Positions 63,972-64,000 of a stretch of 64,000 nt of DNA are shown piece after piece. The translations under genes and the position numbers were made by a program. The stretch is from Botryllus schlosseri (Eukaryota), in assembly GCA_051294905.1 (NCBI GenBank), contig CM119385.1, positions 24,056,001-24,120,000 of the forward strand, written 5' to 3'. Under the pieces are notes generated by a model. It worked only from the letters and a program-made list of their open reading frames with translations. It was not told the origin of the DNA and made no database searches. Within the stretch, counting starts at the first letter, position 1. The number at the start of each line of letters is the position of its first letter.

Positions 63972-64000
63972 GCGGACGCCCTGAACCTCGCCATGACGCC

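Overview
Metazoan genomic DNA, probably from an ascidian-like marine invertebrate. That assignment is an inference from TGACGTCA-rich coding sequence (DDVT/VTS/MTS peptides), many 53-63 nt introns and a MITE-rich background. The 5' end has three compact housekeeping genes: intronless TOLLIP (+), two-exon RAB9 (+) and intronless NUP85 (-). About 9-38 kb is repeat-rich (hAT, CACTA-ended and Tc1/pogo MITEs, a decayed hAT transposase, a tRNA-Lys gene). A teneurin gene (+) can be assembled by hand as 32 phase-consistent exons from 38313 to the stop at 63777. Four further phase-compatible candidate 5' exons at 21275-22741 would give a protein of about 2,860 aa. The most unusual signals are: (1) a dispersed repeat whose copies carry a Penelope/retrozyme-type minimal hammerhead ribozyme, including a tandem cluster ending in an 89-bp-arm hairpin whose junction lies next to the predicted cleavage site; (2) a RAB9 intron built from ten degenerate copies of its own acceptor/exon-2 junction; (3) teneurin deviations, namely EGF5 lacking the free cysteine, an insertion in the RHS-core motif and tandem in-frame acceptors. 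All calls were made by eye; no searches, alignments or folding programs were run.
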